Shown one piece after another: positions 12,785 to 26,641 of a stretch of 64,000 nucleotides of DNA. The position numbers and the translations under genes are program-made. The notes below the pieces were generated by a model. It did no database searches. It worked only from the letters and a program-made list of their open reading frames with translations, and was not told where the DNA came from. Within the stretch, counting starts at the first letter, position 1. Each line of letters opens with the position of its first letter. Source of the DNA: Octopus sinensis (Eukaryota); the NCBI RefSeq assembly GCF_006345805.1, contig NC_043000.1, positions 80,104,001-80,168,000 on the forward strand. The letters are read 5' to 3'.

Positions 12785-12948
12785 ATGACGTGCTTCTTTC
12801 AGTTTCCGTCTACTAAATCCACTCACAAAGCTTTGGTTGGCCCGAGGCTATAGTAGAAGACACTTGTCCTAAGTGCCATGCAGTGGGAATGAACCTGGAA
12901 CCATGTGGTTGGTAAGCAAGCTACTTACCACACAGCCACTCCTGTGCC
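12785..12948 (-). mobile_element. tRNA-derived SINE (family A)
   Basis: Reverse complement of the family A head (gtggctgtgtggtaagtagcttgct...gttcattccca). Confidence 0.75.
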
Positions 12949-13824
12949 TATATTTACAAGATCTGTCCTGGGATCAGTTTGTTTGATTAAAACTCTTCAA
13001 GGCAGTGCCCAAGTAAAAGCTAAAAGATAATGAAGTAACAAACAGTTAACTGTTAACCTTTCAGCATTCAAACTAGCTATATCCAGCCGAAATATTCTAC
13101 CTGTTTTATGTTCAAAATAGCCAAAATCTGCCTCTCACACCTACCCAACAGTGTCATTCTAAAAATAAACAACTACATCATCAAAATCCTGAAGCAATGA
13201 GATATTGCATGATTAAATCAAAATAATGTGATAGAGTAATCTGAATACTAAAGGGTTAAACTATTTTAGATTCAACAATGATGATTTTATCAATTGCAAC
13301 ATCTCATGATCACATACTGCCTACTACAAAACTTAGCAATAATATACCTCTATCCCCATTTTATTCAGAAGATAAGTCATTAAAGGTTTTGAAACATTAA
13401 TGAATGTAGGAATGCTAATGTTCCAAATGAAATATAAAGAACTAATGAGGAAATGAAAAAAAAAGAGTTTTAATAAAATAAGATTAAACATGAATACAGG
13501 CAAGTCTTCAGTATAACATGTTTCAAAGAAAAGCTGTTATGCTCGTGACTGTGTTTTATGCTGAAGACATGTCTGTGTATGAGTTTAATCTTTTCCTTAA
13601 TCATTTTTCTCAATCCCTTATCAGTCCATTCAATTAGTTTAGAACAATAGCATTCCTAAGTTTATAGAAACATTAATGGACTTAGAAATGCTACTGTTCC
13701 ATAAAAGAATAATAAGGAATTATGAACATTCTTTAACAAAAAATGATTAAACACATTCATGCTTTTCTATATAGTATTGGAAAATATAACTGCTCCTGTA
13801 TACACAAATAGGTATGTAACATCT

Positions 13825-13826
13825 AC

Positions 13827-13915
<89 letters not shown>
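13825..13915. repeat. (TATC)n microsatellite
   Basis: Read directly from the sequence. Confidence 0.95.
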
Positions 13916-16556
13916 CATCCATCCATACATACATACATACACACATACATATTTGAAGAGAGGTTTTAAGCCACTGGCCGTTAAGGTCTGAAGAAACACT
14001 GTAAAGTTAACCACTTTATAGGCATGAAATCCTAGGTAACCCCATAAACCAGCCATAGCTATCTTTATTTAATTACTCTACTACCTGCTCTATTACTTAG
14101 AGTATGCTTCTCTTTGGGATTTATGATTTATGACGATATATAAATGTGTGTGTGTGTGTGTATGTATGTGTGTGTGTGTATGTATGTGTGTGTGTGTGTA
14201 TGTGTGTGTGTGCATGTATATATATATATACACACACACAAACATACATCTATATATACATGCATACATACATACATATATAACTTATACAAGGAAAAGG
14301 TTGACAGGAACTTTGAAATTTGGTAAACACACTTTATTACTAGGTATTGAGTAATCCTTGAGTTTAATGGTAAATTGTTTTGATATCTAACTTAACATAA
14401 AAACAAGCAATGTGTGTGAGTGTACACACACACACACAGAATATCATTGTTTTAATGTTCCATTTCACAGGCTTGCATAGATCAGACAGAATCTGTTTAG
14501 GCAAATTTTCTATAGCTTGATCTTTCTGTGGCTATTCTGTGGCTGTTTCTTAGCCATGTAGTATGTTCCAATGGCCAGGCATGTTTACATGGAAGAATGG
14601 AAACAGTCTTTTGTATAAACATGCCCAGAATGATAGTATATGATAATGATAGTTATTTAGAACTACTGTGCAATATCAAGACAGGGAAACACACACATAC
14701 ACACATGCATGCAGGCATTATTCTAAATAAACAAGTAGTTCTCCCTTACTTTTCTTCCAACTTTCATTGTTATTTTCTTTAATACAATTCATTTATACTT
14801 TAATTTATTTTTAGTTAAGCATTTTATATTTATTATCCTGTAAGTTATTAAGTTGTTTATAGCCTGTAGCTATTCTACATCTATCTTGAAGTATTTCAGA
14901 ATTTCATTATTTTTGATGGTGTTTTCGTCTGTTCTTATGTCCATATATTTCATCTGTTTTTAAATCTTTTAATTTACATTTAAATCCCTTAATTCATATT
15001 TATTTCTATTACAGCTCCGATAGGGATTGTCTAATTTTTTTTTATTGACATTTCAATATAGGAACTAAAACTATGCTGTCAAATACTTATATAATGTGTT
15101 ACTTTGCATATAATGTGTTATATATATAATGTGCTTTTTTGGAGTTGGTATTTAATTGAGGGGTCTTTGTTCAATTTCAGAAAAGGTAGTTTTTCCATAG
15201 CTTGACATTCTTCAATAGCTCATTTTAGAACTGTCTTCATTTCTTGTAGGAAACTGTTCTTCAAAAAGTTGTCCAACCCATCCTTTATACTACTTCTTAC
15301 TTTACTGTTTGAAATTGTGTGCAATATTTCTTTATCAGTGTGCTGTCTGTTTAACCTTATTAAAATTCCTGGTCTTCTGATGGTTGTAGTTAGTGGTTAA
15401 TTTGTTGTTTAGTTCCTGGGTAGCTTGGGTAAAGTAAATATATAATAAAAGCTGTTCCATCTGAGAGCATTCAGTTTCTATTTTTTTTTTAAATACTAGA
15501 GTACAATTTCAGGAAGATTGGTTTGCTACTTTTAAGCCAAGCAAACATATTGAGGCTATCTTTATTTCCTCATGCAATTGTTTTCTTCAGCAAGTTTCTC
15601 TCCACTGTTTAATTCTTTCTTAAACATTTTATCATTGTCCCACATTCATTGGACAGAAATGTGGTTTTCAAGGAACATTTAATCCTGTGTTTTAAGCTGA
15701 TCATAAACCCTCTTCATTTACTCTATTCAGGCTTATTAAAGTGCATTATCCATACTCTCATATGTGTGATCCCTTCTGGTAGCAGCTAGTTTGTTTGAAT
15801 TTACTTTATACAGGGGTGTTGCCACCATTTAAGGTTCTTCTTTAGACTTGCAGACTTTATCCAATACATTCTGGATTAACAATGAATGACCATTCATATG
15901 AGAACAAAAATGGTACGCTTTGATAAATTGAAACAGTAAATTAAGATTCATTCTTGCACCCTTTGTTTTCAAATGACACTAACTTATCTCTATTTTCTTC
16001 TTCAGGTGTATTAACTGGGTTTCATGCTTATTTTGATTTGAGGTACCCTTTGGCAAACATCTAGTTTTAAGGGTTTTCTCATTAGGATTTAGTGTCCCTT
16101 TGGATGCTGTTTATTAATGAGAAATTGAAATTATGGTCTATCTTGTTCAAATCAATTATACCCCAGCCACACACACATTGAACAATGATTTTCTCTATTC
16201 TGTCTTTACACAATAAATAACTTCTGGCAGTGTTTAATTTTCATTTTATATTTTTGTTGTATTCTATAAATTTTTGTTTGTCCTTTTCTTTTATTTCCAT
16301 ACACTAATAATCTACTCCATAATTTAAGTTCAAATGTCACTGATAGATGTTGCTACCTTTATTCTCATGGGATTTGATGAAACAAGTAGTTGCCATGTCC
16401 TGAGTTGAACCATTTGATTCTCAACTTCTCTTATAAGTTTGCGACCTAATGACATGTGAAATAATTAGCACTTTACATGATTATCATTATTATAAGTCGT
16501 CAATGGTAAAAATAGAGATAATAATGATAATAACTATATATATATATATATATATA

Positions 16557-18965
16557 TCATCATCATCATCATCATCATCGTTTAACGTCCGTTCTCCATG
16601 CTAGCATGGGTTGGACGGTTCGACCGGGTATCAGAGAAGCCAGAAGGCTGCACCAGGCTCCAGTCTTATCTGGCAATGTCTCTACAGCTGGATGCCCTTC
16701 CTAACGCCAGCCACTCCGTAAGTGTAGTGGGTGCTTTTTACGTGCCACCTGCACAGGTGCCAGGCGAGGCTGGCAACGGCCATGGTCGGATTGGTGCATT
16801 TTACGTGCCACCGGCATGGAAGCCAGTCGAGGTGGCACTGGCATCGGCCACGATTCGGATAGTGCTTTTTACGTACCACCAGTCCAGGGGTCCTGGCATC
16901 TGCCGGGTGCCAGTCATAGGATTGGTTCAATTTCGATTCCGATTTCGATTTCGATTTCGATTTCACTTGCCCCAACAGGTCTTTGTGTGTCCAAGGGAGG
17001 AAAGGCATGCATAAGTGGGCTGGATTCACTTGTCCTGCCTGGTCTTCTCACGCACAGCATATTTCCAAAGGTCTCGGTCACTGGTCATTTCCTCAGTGAG
17101 GCCTAAAGTTCGAAGGTCGTGCTTCACCACCTCGTCCCAGGTTTTCCTGGGGTCTACCTCTTCCATGGGTTCCCTCAATTGCTAGGGATTGGCACTTTTT
17201 CACACACCTATCTTCATCCATTCTCGCCACATGACCATACCAGCACAATCGTCTCTCTTGCACACCACAACTGATGCTTCTTAGGTCCAACATTTCTCTC
17301 AAGGTACTAAAGCTCTGTCGAGTATGCACACTGATATTACACATCCATCGGAGCATACTGGCTTCATTCCTCGTGAGCTTACGCATGTCCTCAGCAGTCA
17401 CGGCCCATGTTTCACTGCCATGTAGCATGGCTGTTTGTACACATGCATCATACAGTCTGCTTTTTACCCTGAGCGAGAGGCCTTTAGTCACCAGCAGAGG
17501 TAAGAGCTCCCTAAACTTTGCCCAGGCTATTCTTACTCTAGCAGTTACACTTTCAATGCACCCACCCCCACTACTGACTTGGTCACCTAGATAACGGAAG
17601 CTATCAACTATTTCTAGTTTCTTCCCCTGGAAAGTGACGGAAGTTGTTTTCTGCAGATTTTCAGAGTTTATTGCTCCTGAGCATCTGCCACATACAAAAA
17701 CTATCTTCCCAGTTAGCCTTCCTTTGACATTGTTGCACCTCTTATGTGTCCATAGCTTACACTGGGTACATCTTATAGAGTTTCTACCTACACCTTTTCT
17801 ACAGATCGAGCAGGGCCATCTTCCTGAAGACATTTGTGGATTGTCTACCTTCCTACTTATTAATACTTTCGTTTTAGCTAGTTTGACTCTAAGGCCCCTC
17901 GATTCTAAACCCTCCTTTCACACCTGGAACTTCTCCTCTATTTCTGATAGTGACTCAGCAATTAGAGCAAGGTCGTCAGCATAGAGGAGCTCCCAGAGGC
18001 AACCTGTCTTGAATTCCTCCGTAATTGCCTGGAGGACTATGATAAATAGGAGGGGGCTGAGTACTGAACCCTGATGGACCCCAACCTCTACTTTGAGTTC
18101 TTCTGTGTACATGTCGCCAACCCTAACCTTGCTTACGGCATCCCTGTACATGGCTTGCACAGCCCTCACCAGCCATTCATCTATCCCTAGTTTCCTCATT
18201 GACCACCAGATAAGGGATCGGGGGACCCTGTCAAAGGCTTTCTCCATGTCAACGAAAGCCAGGTACAGGGGCTTATCTTTGGCTAGGTATTTCTCCTGCA
18301 GATGTCTCACCAGAAATATGGCATCAGTGGTGCTTTTCCTTGGCATGAAACCAAACTGCATCTCGTCCAAGTTGACTCTCTCCCTAATTAGTTGGGCTAT
18401 GACCCTCTCTGTAACCTTCATTACCTGATCCAACAGCTTGATACCTCTGTAATTATTTGTATCTAGGGCGTCTCCTTTACCTTTGTAGCAGTTGACTAGT
18501 ATGCTGCTACACCAGTCATTGGGTATGACTCCTTCGTGTATCACCTGGTTAACTATATGGGTGACTAGGTTATAGCCGACACTGCCAGATATTTTGAGCA
18601 TCTCTGCAGTAATTCCTGATGGGCCTGGGGCTTTCCCTGTCTTCATGCTTCTAATTGCCTTAACTACCAAAGAATTGTCAACTTGGATGGCTGGTCCCTC
18701 TGTTGGGTTGACATTCGGCAGACTCTCTTTATCTCATTCATTTTCTATATTCAGCAACCTTTCATAGTGACATCTCCAAACCTCTTTCTTTGCATCCTCA
18801 TTTAGCGCAAGTGAACCATCATCCATGCGGACACATTTCTCTCCTACCACATCACGATTCTCTCTCACACACTGTCTTGCAACACAAAATACCTCAAGTC
18901 TTTCATCCTCACGGCGCAGAACATTGGCAAATTTTTCTTATCCACTTCCCCTCTGGCTAAATAAA
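16557..18965 (-). mobile_element. 5'-truncated RTE-clade LINE (RT, PHD insert, 3' UTR, (GAT)n tail)
   Basis: ORFs 17918-18670 (KAPGPSGI, NYRGIKLL, QFGF, AFVDMEKAFDRV, GVHQGSVLSPLLF, LLYADD) and 17093-17833 (FRYLG, LQERRLxWYGHV, GRGRP); tail catcatcatc at 16557-16578. Confidence 0.95.
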
Positions 18966-19343
18966 CCTATAGGAGTTTTCATCAACTGACATACTGAGCC
19001 TTGATAGTATATATATTTATACATATATAAGAATAAATATCTAGCAATTGAAGGACAGGTGTCAATCCATTACAACCATTTCTAATAAATTTTTTGATTG
19101 ATAAATGAGTACATTATATCATTATAAAAAAAACATTTTCTCCAGATGAATACATGAATCTTACAATCAAGGACATTTAAAATAATTTTTTAAAATAGTC
19201 TAAAAATTATGGCGTCTTACATATATATAATTCTGCTAGTACTTCTGTACCTAGGTTGGTATTCACATTAAAAAGTTGTGTGAGCATTTTTTCTGACCTA
19301 ACTAGGTGCCTCAGTTTTAAGTACCTTATTCAGTTGAATCTTG

Positions 19344-19374
<31 letters not shown>

Positions 19375-19570
19375 ACCTGAAAATGATTTTTTTAAAGTTA
19401 TGAGCTATTTAAAAAATTCCTTTCATTTAGCAGAACATCACTAACCTTTCTAGAAGAAGATGGTATATAGTGTGTATTTTGCATTTAAGTGCTTTCACTT
19501 TTCAACTTTTCAAACTCGCATGTTCCAGGCTAATGCATTTAGAGGAAGTTGTTTTTTGTAATGATGTTAA

Positions 19571-19815
19571 CTATTTCCGGTTTAGTTTTAGATTTTAGAA
19601 TTTTTATAATGTATTCTTCTTTTGTCTTTCATAGTTGATCATTTTCATCTTATATTTTGTAAAAGAGGAATATTTTAAATTGTTGGCTATTTCATATGTT
19701 GTCTATTTCTGGTTTAGTTTTGGATTTAGAATTCTTATATGGTATTCTTCTTTTGCTTTTGTTGTTGATCATTTTCATCTTTTATTTTGTAAAAGGGAAA
19801 TATTTTGAATTTTGC
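19571..19815. repeat. Diverged ~133-bp tandem duplication
   Basis: ctatttc.ggtttagtttt.gatt...gttgatcattttcatct...ttttgtaaaag.g.aatatttt occurs at 19571 and 19704. Confidence 0.85.
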
Positions 19816-20052
19816 TTTTGCAAAATTGTCTAGATGTTTACTGCATGGAAAATTTCTAAGAGATGACTCTTTAATTTGTTGTTTATGCTTGTTTACATAA
19901 CTGGTTAGTTTTGTTCATGTTTCTCATTGAAAAATGAAAGCATTTACTTGCAAAATACACACTTAACATAAAATTGAGAAAATTATTTTTAAATAGTTAA
20001 TAACTTGAAAAATTATTTTTCTTTTAATTATTCTAATGTTTTTAAATACATC

Positions 20053-20092
<40 letters not shown>

Positions 20093-20194
20093 TGTGTGTG
20101 TGTGTGTGTGTGTGAGTGTGTATATGTTAAATAGAATGAGACAACAAAACCAAAGTAATAGGAAATTTCTTGGACATTTATAAAGAGAAAGGTA

Positions 20195-20241
20195 GTCTTA
20201 CAACTTTTCAGGAATATAAACGATATCCCATCATCAGAGAC
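20195..20241 (-). ncRNA. Type I hammerhead ribozyme (PLE pLTR), stem III degenerate
   Basis: GTCT-CTGATGA-T-GGGATAT(cgttt)ATATTCC-T-GAAA-AGTT-GTA-AGAC; same family as the 41187 motif. Confidence 0.65.
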
Positions 20242-20957
20242 GATATGTGAGAGTTAACTAGAAAGAAATAGAGTTCAATACAAGAAGTTATTTTAGAAAA
20301 GGAAAGATATAGGAAGTATAAAGGGAAATAGGAAAATAAAAATAGAAATATATGTTGGATGTTAAAGTTGCTGTTCTGTTATCCAAGGAATGTGCTGTGT
20401 TGAATGGGTAAAAAGGCATCTTGTCCATGGTATGTAAATTCTGATAGGAGTTCATATTTTGTTATTACAAATGGATAGTGAACAGGTATTAGTTCCATGT
20501 GCTGTTTATTTGAAGGAACTTGTGTAAATGATATTTTGAGAATATACTGGTAGGGGGAAGAAAATAGAGAGAAGAGAATAGATAAGTGGGTTAGGAGGAA
20601 GAAAATTTGTATTGGTCAAAAGATTTGGGGTGGAAAGAAGAAAAAAAGAAAAAAAGAGAAAATTTGAAAAGGAGTGCTAGATGGTGGTCAATATATTGTG
20701 AGGGGTGGGGACAGGAGAGCTATCAATAGATAAAATTAACAGGAGGCAGGATAGAAGGAAGAGAGAAGAATGTAAGGAAGGAATATGTGTGAGAAGTGGG
20801 ATGTGTGGTGATATGTTTGAAAGGCACTAAAGTGGAGGGATAGTTAAAGAATGTGGTATGGAGAGGGGTACAAAAGTGAGTAGTAAACCTCAAAAAGGAA
20901 GTGAAGAATAAAAAAAATATAGTGGTCAAATTTCTAAAAATAGATGTAGGCATTTAG

Positions 20958-21399
20958 GTACTTTCCGGTTATCTCACCCCCATTAAAAAATTGGGTTATC
21001 TCCCCAAGTTTTATGAGAAATATTGGTACTTTTCATTATCTCCCACATTTAAAAAAATTGTTTAACTTTCAATAAAACAAAAAAACAAAAGTGAAAAGAT
21101 AAAACATCTTATTGAATATGATAATATTTTTATGATAAAACATACAAAACTGAAAAGATCAATAAACATGAAAACTGAAAAAAATTTAACATCTTACTGA
21201 ATCTGATAACATTTTTGTGACAAATCATACTGTGCCTATTGAGGAGGCCAAACTTCATCAATGTTTTGAAGTATTGAATCAAAAGGATCTAATTCTTATA
21301 ATCCAATCTCTTGTCACATAAACTAAATTTTTTTAGTGGTGAGATAGCCCAGTATTTTAATGGCAATTTTTTAATGGGGGTGAGATAACCAAAAAGTAC
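20958..21399. mobile_element. MITE-like element with ~36-bp terminal inverted repeats
   Basis: gtactttccggttatctcacccccattaaaaaattg (20958-20993) vs caattttttaatgggggtgagataaccaaaaagtac (21364-21399); AT-rich non-coding interior. Confidence 0.6.
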
Positions 21400-21619
21400 T
21401 GGCATTTTTATGAGATCAGATATTGTACTAGTTAAGTGATTGTGGGACTGATAAATCAGTGAGAGAAAGAAAAATATGTATATAGATATACACGCACATG
21501 CACAAGCATAAATATAAATATGTATATGCACTACTGTATAGGACCACATACTCACACATATGCATCCATGCACATATATACACATATATATTATTAAACA
21601 GTTAAGAATTTAAAAATTA

Positions 21620-22150
21620 AGAAATTGTAAAGTCAAATAATGTTGTTGGAGGATACCTAAGGAATACTTGGTATATGTAGTGTGGTGATTTAGGTTGCAT
21701 TTTAGATTTGTGGTAAAATTTGAAGGTATGGAAAAAAAAGGTGGTTGCATTTACTTAGGGCCTCATTATACTTATTTAGTAGTACTGAAGAGTTATATTT
21801 TAATATGTAGTATGCCTCTTTTAGCCATAGTTTACAGGCTGAGTGTTGACCCTGGTATGGAAGCCCTGAATCTATTATGAACCATGATAAGTGATATGGA
21901 ATACTCCTATTTTTAAGATGATTTATTTAAGCTCTTGGTGGTTAGCAAGGTGTCATCTCTGTAGAGGTCTCCTTTGGTGTTAGGGAAATGTACTTGGAGC
22001 TGGTAGAGTATCTATAGTCTGGTGAGGTTGGTGACTTGGGCGGTGTTGGATGATCCTATAGTAATGTCAAATAATTTGTTATGGTTACTGTCATAGTTAT
22101 AATGGTTGGCCCGGCACCAAAGTTTGTCCTCTAAAGAAATAAGAGTTTTA
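21620..22150 (-). mobile_element. Degenerate PLE RT fragment
   Basis: LFDITIGSSNTAQVTNL...GDLYRDDTLL resembles the FDVTMGS...GLYRDDGL RT motifs; contains stops. Confidence 0.65.
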
Positions 22151-22154
22151 TGGG

Positions 22155-22410
22155 CTTATGTTAATTTCTAGTGGGGTTAGGTTAGTTAGATTCCTTGCTA
22201 GATGGAGTGCTGGACACTCTATTCTATGGTATACACCTCGCTTCTCACTAAACATTAAGAACTTATCTAAATCCTTTCTTAGTATACTAGACACCAATTT
22301 CCCTTGTCAACATAAATATTACTCTATCTTTAATAGATCTACCTTAAAGTTATCCTACTCCTCCCCACCCAACTTTGAGTCTATCATAACAGCCTCTAAT
22401 AAGTGAAAAC
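22155..22410 (+). mobile_element. PLE RT-EN linker fragment, inverted relative to the adjacent RT
   Basis: ORF 22158-22406 WYTPRFSLNIKNLSKSFLSILDTNFP...IFNRSTLKLSYSSPPNFESIITASNK resembles the WFNPPFS...IFNRNTVKxSYS linker. Confidence 0.7.
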
Positions 22411-22717
22411 TTTCTCTCTATTATCAAAATTTGGATTGTAACAACTCTGAATACATGTGCACCCATTTTTAAGAAATGAGAAACACAGCAAATCCACTAC
22501 TATGTATAAGATACTATTCTTCTTTCTATGCTCTACGTTATATATTTTAATAATTACTGGTATTTTATATTTTATATATTATACATGTAAAGCATAATAT
22601 GTTATACATGTATGTATATTGTTATAATTGTTTTTTTTTTAAAAATAGACATAATATATCTAAAAGTTGATGAATACCCCCTCTTGATACCCTCCATTTT
22701 CTTATTGCTGTATATAC

Positions 22718-22770
<53 letters not shown>

Positions 22771-23016
22771 ATATGTATAAATGCATACATACATATATAC
22801 AGCAATCCCTCGACTATCATGGGTCTTACATTCCAAAACCCTGTGAAAATTTGCGAATTGGAAACTACTGTACTGTATATTTTTTTCCATTTTTATAATT
22901 TGTATATATTTATTTTATTATGAATGCAAAACAACACCACAGAGGATTCAATGTAAGCTTAAATAATAAACCACATTAGGTGAACCGCTACATGGCAAGG
23001 GATAACTATATATATA

Positions 23017-23057
<41 letters not shown>

Positions 23058-23715
23058 TGAGAATGTGTGTGTATCTGTCTGTCTGTGTGAATCCCTAAAA
23101 CTTGAGAACTACACAATCAATTTCATTCAAATTTTACACATACCTTACTTAGGGTCCAGGGAGTGTCATGGGCAAAAAATTTTTAACTTCTTGCCTAGGA
23201 CGAGCCCACAGCAATATCATATCTTCTCCACTATTTCAGTATTACGTGTCAAAAGTGAAAGAAAACCATCTCTCTATTGTAATGTCAGATACTTTCACTT
23301 TAATACTGAAACTATTAATTAAAGTGAAACTATTATATAACAGGGATGAACTGTAACTGGACTTCCATTCTGCTAGAAGAAGATCCGCTATGGTCTTATA
23401 TGCTACACCACTGGTTTTAAATTCATACTAATCAAATTTATATTCAATTTTTCACCCTTATTATTTTAAATTTAAATTTACGTAAATATATATATATAGA
23501 TAGATAGATGTATACATATAGATATATATATATATATATATATTCATATATATATATATATGTATATATATATATTCATATATGGATGTATATATATATA
23601 CATATATACATGTATATAAGTAGATGTACATGTAATATGTACACATATATATACACATATAAACATGCATACATATATACACCCATACACACATACAACC
23701 CCCACACATACATAG

Positions 23716-24050
23716 GTGCAGGTGTGGCTGTGTGGTAACAAACTTGGTTCCAAAACACATGGTCCTGAGTTCAGTCCCACTGTGTGGTAACTTGGCATGT
23801 GTCTTCTGCTATAGCCTCAGACCAACGAAAGCCTTGTCAGTGGATTTTTTAGACAGAAGCTGAAAGAAATCAATTGTATATATATGTATGTATATATGTA
23901 AGTCTATGTGTGTGTCTTTGTGTTTCTCTCTCATCACTGCTTCACAACTGGTGTTTGTTTATTTACATCCCCATAACTTACTGGTTTCACAAGAAGAAAC
24001 TGATAGAATAAGTACCAGGCTTATCAAAATAAAAAAAAACCCACTAGGCA
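23716..24050 (+). mobile_element. tRNA-derived SINE (family A)
   Basis: gtgtggctgtgtggtaac...gagttcagtccca...gatagaataagtaccaggctt. Confidence 0.75.
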
Positions 24051-24099
24051 CTGTCTCGTATATTTGTTTGCCCACTCAGTTGTATCTATCAATTTATCT

Positions 24100-24342
<243 letters not shown>

Positions 24343-25347
24343 ACATCCTAATGGGGGCCTTAACTCCAAAATTTTTGTCATTTCTTTTATGATCCAAAAT
24401 AGGTCAAAAGTACTGAATGGATCTTTATGAAATCTGGAAAATATATTCTATGTATAAAGGCCATAACCCCCATGACAATTCATATATTTTTGCTGTTGAT
24501 GAAATTTTATTCACAGGTATTAGACACAAATGAAGTAATATTTATAAAATTTTATCTTCTTATAAGTTAGAAAGACCTCTCTATGGGGACTTAACACACA
24601 AAATTTTGACATTTATAGATTGTCAATTTATTCTGTCCAGTTAAGTATCAGAATAGTGGTCATTTGCAAACTCCAACTTACATTTCTCCTTAGCCCTCAC
24701 GTCACACAGTTGTTAATGTTGATTTCAGTTGGGTCACGCTCTTCCAATTGCTATAGATTCGTAATGCATCTTACAGCTGTGCCTGTCACCTGGATGGTGA
24801 GGAATCCTACATTGGGAGTGGTAACGACTAGGGTAGGGTAGCTGACTGCTTATTGTGATCATTCATCTTTTGGTTTCCTGTAGCTTTGTTTTCTTTTACA
24901 AACCCAGTGAACATATATTTCCTATTTCAAAGAAATTCAAACAAGTTAAAAAGATTCTCAACAATTCAACTTCTCTGCATGATATTAAGACACCCACTCC
25001 CAACAGGGGCCTTAACTCCCACATTTTAGAGCTCCATGACCTTCATTTTTCAGGTGCAAAATCCTTTTAATAGGTACAATAAGACAGGAATTTTGGAATA
25101 TGCGAATAAAAATCAGTAGCATGGGATACATGTGGCACAATTACAAATTTTTTTAGGGTGTGTAAAGAGGGAAATAACCCTCATCTGCAATTTTGATGAA
25201 ATTTGAAACATAGATATTCCAGTTCATTAGAGAAAATATAACAGAAAAGTCTAATTCTTCAATTGAATGTAACACGAGCAACGCTGGGTATCTCTGCTTG
25301 TATATATATGTACACACACACACACATATATATACATGTATATATAC

Positions 25348-25380
<33 letters not shown>

Positions 25381-25419
25381 CGATGGACTCTCCCATCATT
25401 AGATAATGTATGAAGGTTT

Positions 25420-25680
25420 GACAGTTTCTTACCGAACAACCACACAGATGATTTGCTTGTAGTGATTAAATGTTTGTGTTGTGTAGACAAAAGCTCACTC
25501 CCTCCATCAGATCGATATCACCTGCACAGGTGCAATGTGTACCACATGTCAGCTGCCAAAATGACCACAGAGCAATGTGAAATGAAGTGCTTTCCTCAAG
25601 AATACAACGCAATGCATGGTCTAGGAACTGAACCAACAATCTTGCAATCATGAGTGCAACACCCTAACCACTAAGTCATA
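25420..25680 (-). mobile_element. tRNA-derived SINE (family B)
   Basis: Minus strand tagtggttagggtgttgcactc...gttcagttcct...cttgaggaaagcact. Confidence 0.6.
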
Positions 25681-25902
25681 CTCCTTCACTATATCTATCT
25701 ATCTATCTATCTATCTCTTTCTCTCTCTGTCTCTCTCTTTCTATATATATATATATATTTAAATAATGAGGGAGATAAATTGAATATTAATTTAATTAAT
25801 ATCAATTTAAAACCAGTAGACTAGCATATAAAAATCTGAAAAATCAGAGAAAATTCCTATACATGTGTATATTTAGGGCTAAAAACCACTATGTGGACAG
25901 CT

Positions 25903-26177
25903 ATATGCTAGAAGTAGATCACATACGATCAAACTACAAAGAAAAAATGTTCTTTAGAGAAAATTCAGCAAATACCAGAACATAGGCGGGCAAGACAGAT
26001 GAAAATTATATAAAAATCAAGAATTAATCGTATTAATTATTATCAATCATTATTAATTCTTGATTTTTATATAATTTTCATCTGTCTTGCCAGCCTATGT
26101 TCTGGTATTTGCTGAATTTTCTCTGGAGGACATTTTTTCTTTGTAGTTTGATCGTATGTGATCTACTTCTAGTATAT
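25903..26177. repeat. Long fold-back: 126-bp arms, 23-nt loop
   Basis: 25903-26028 is the near-perfect reverse complement of 26052-26177, with a few mismatches. Confidence 0.93.
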
Positions 26178-26270
26178 ATATATATATATAATATATATAT
26201 ATATAATATATATATATATAATATTTATTATTTATTCTTTAATTGAACGTGATGCATCCATTTCCAGGTA

Positions 26271-26320
<50 letters not shown>

Positions 26321-26491
26321 TGTATAAACATACATGTATGTTTCTCTCTCTGTCTTTCTCTCTGTCTCTCTCTCTCTCTATATATATATATACATTTACA
26401 CACATACACATATATAATATATAATATATACAATGTGCATGTGCGTGTGTGAGTGTATACCTTCCTTGATATTGTGGTATTTATTTTGCAG

Positions 26492-26641
26492 ATACAATGT
26501 ATGTATAATGGCCTATGGACAAACAGGAAGTGGCAAAACACATACAATGCTTGGAAGTCACAAGAATGAGAACTACAACCTAAGCCATGAGGCACATCCA
26601 GATGAGGGCGTGATACCTCGAGCTATGAGGGAACTGTTCAG
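26492..26641 (+). CDS. KIF25: Kinesin motor-domain exon (P-loop), KIF25-like kinesin-14
   Basis: Acceptor ttattttgcag| and donor TTCAG|gttaga; 150 nt, phase 2/2. Translates (G)[21 protein letters not shown]...EGVIPRAMRELF, with the kinesin GQTGSGKT P-loop; close to KIF25 [22 protein letters not shown]...GIIPR as I recall it. Symbol is tentative. Confidence 0.9.

Noticed and set aside
13775-13811. 37-nt AG...GT micro-exon candidate (LENITAPVYTN)
   Set aside because: No kinesin similarity and no supporting neighbour exon; such splice-like pairs arise by chance.
17274-18428. Plus-strand ORFs over the RTE (and equivalents over the PLE and the 57-60 kb RTE)
   Set aside because: Antisense shadows of retroelement coding sequence.
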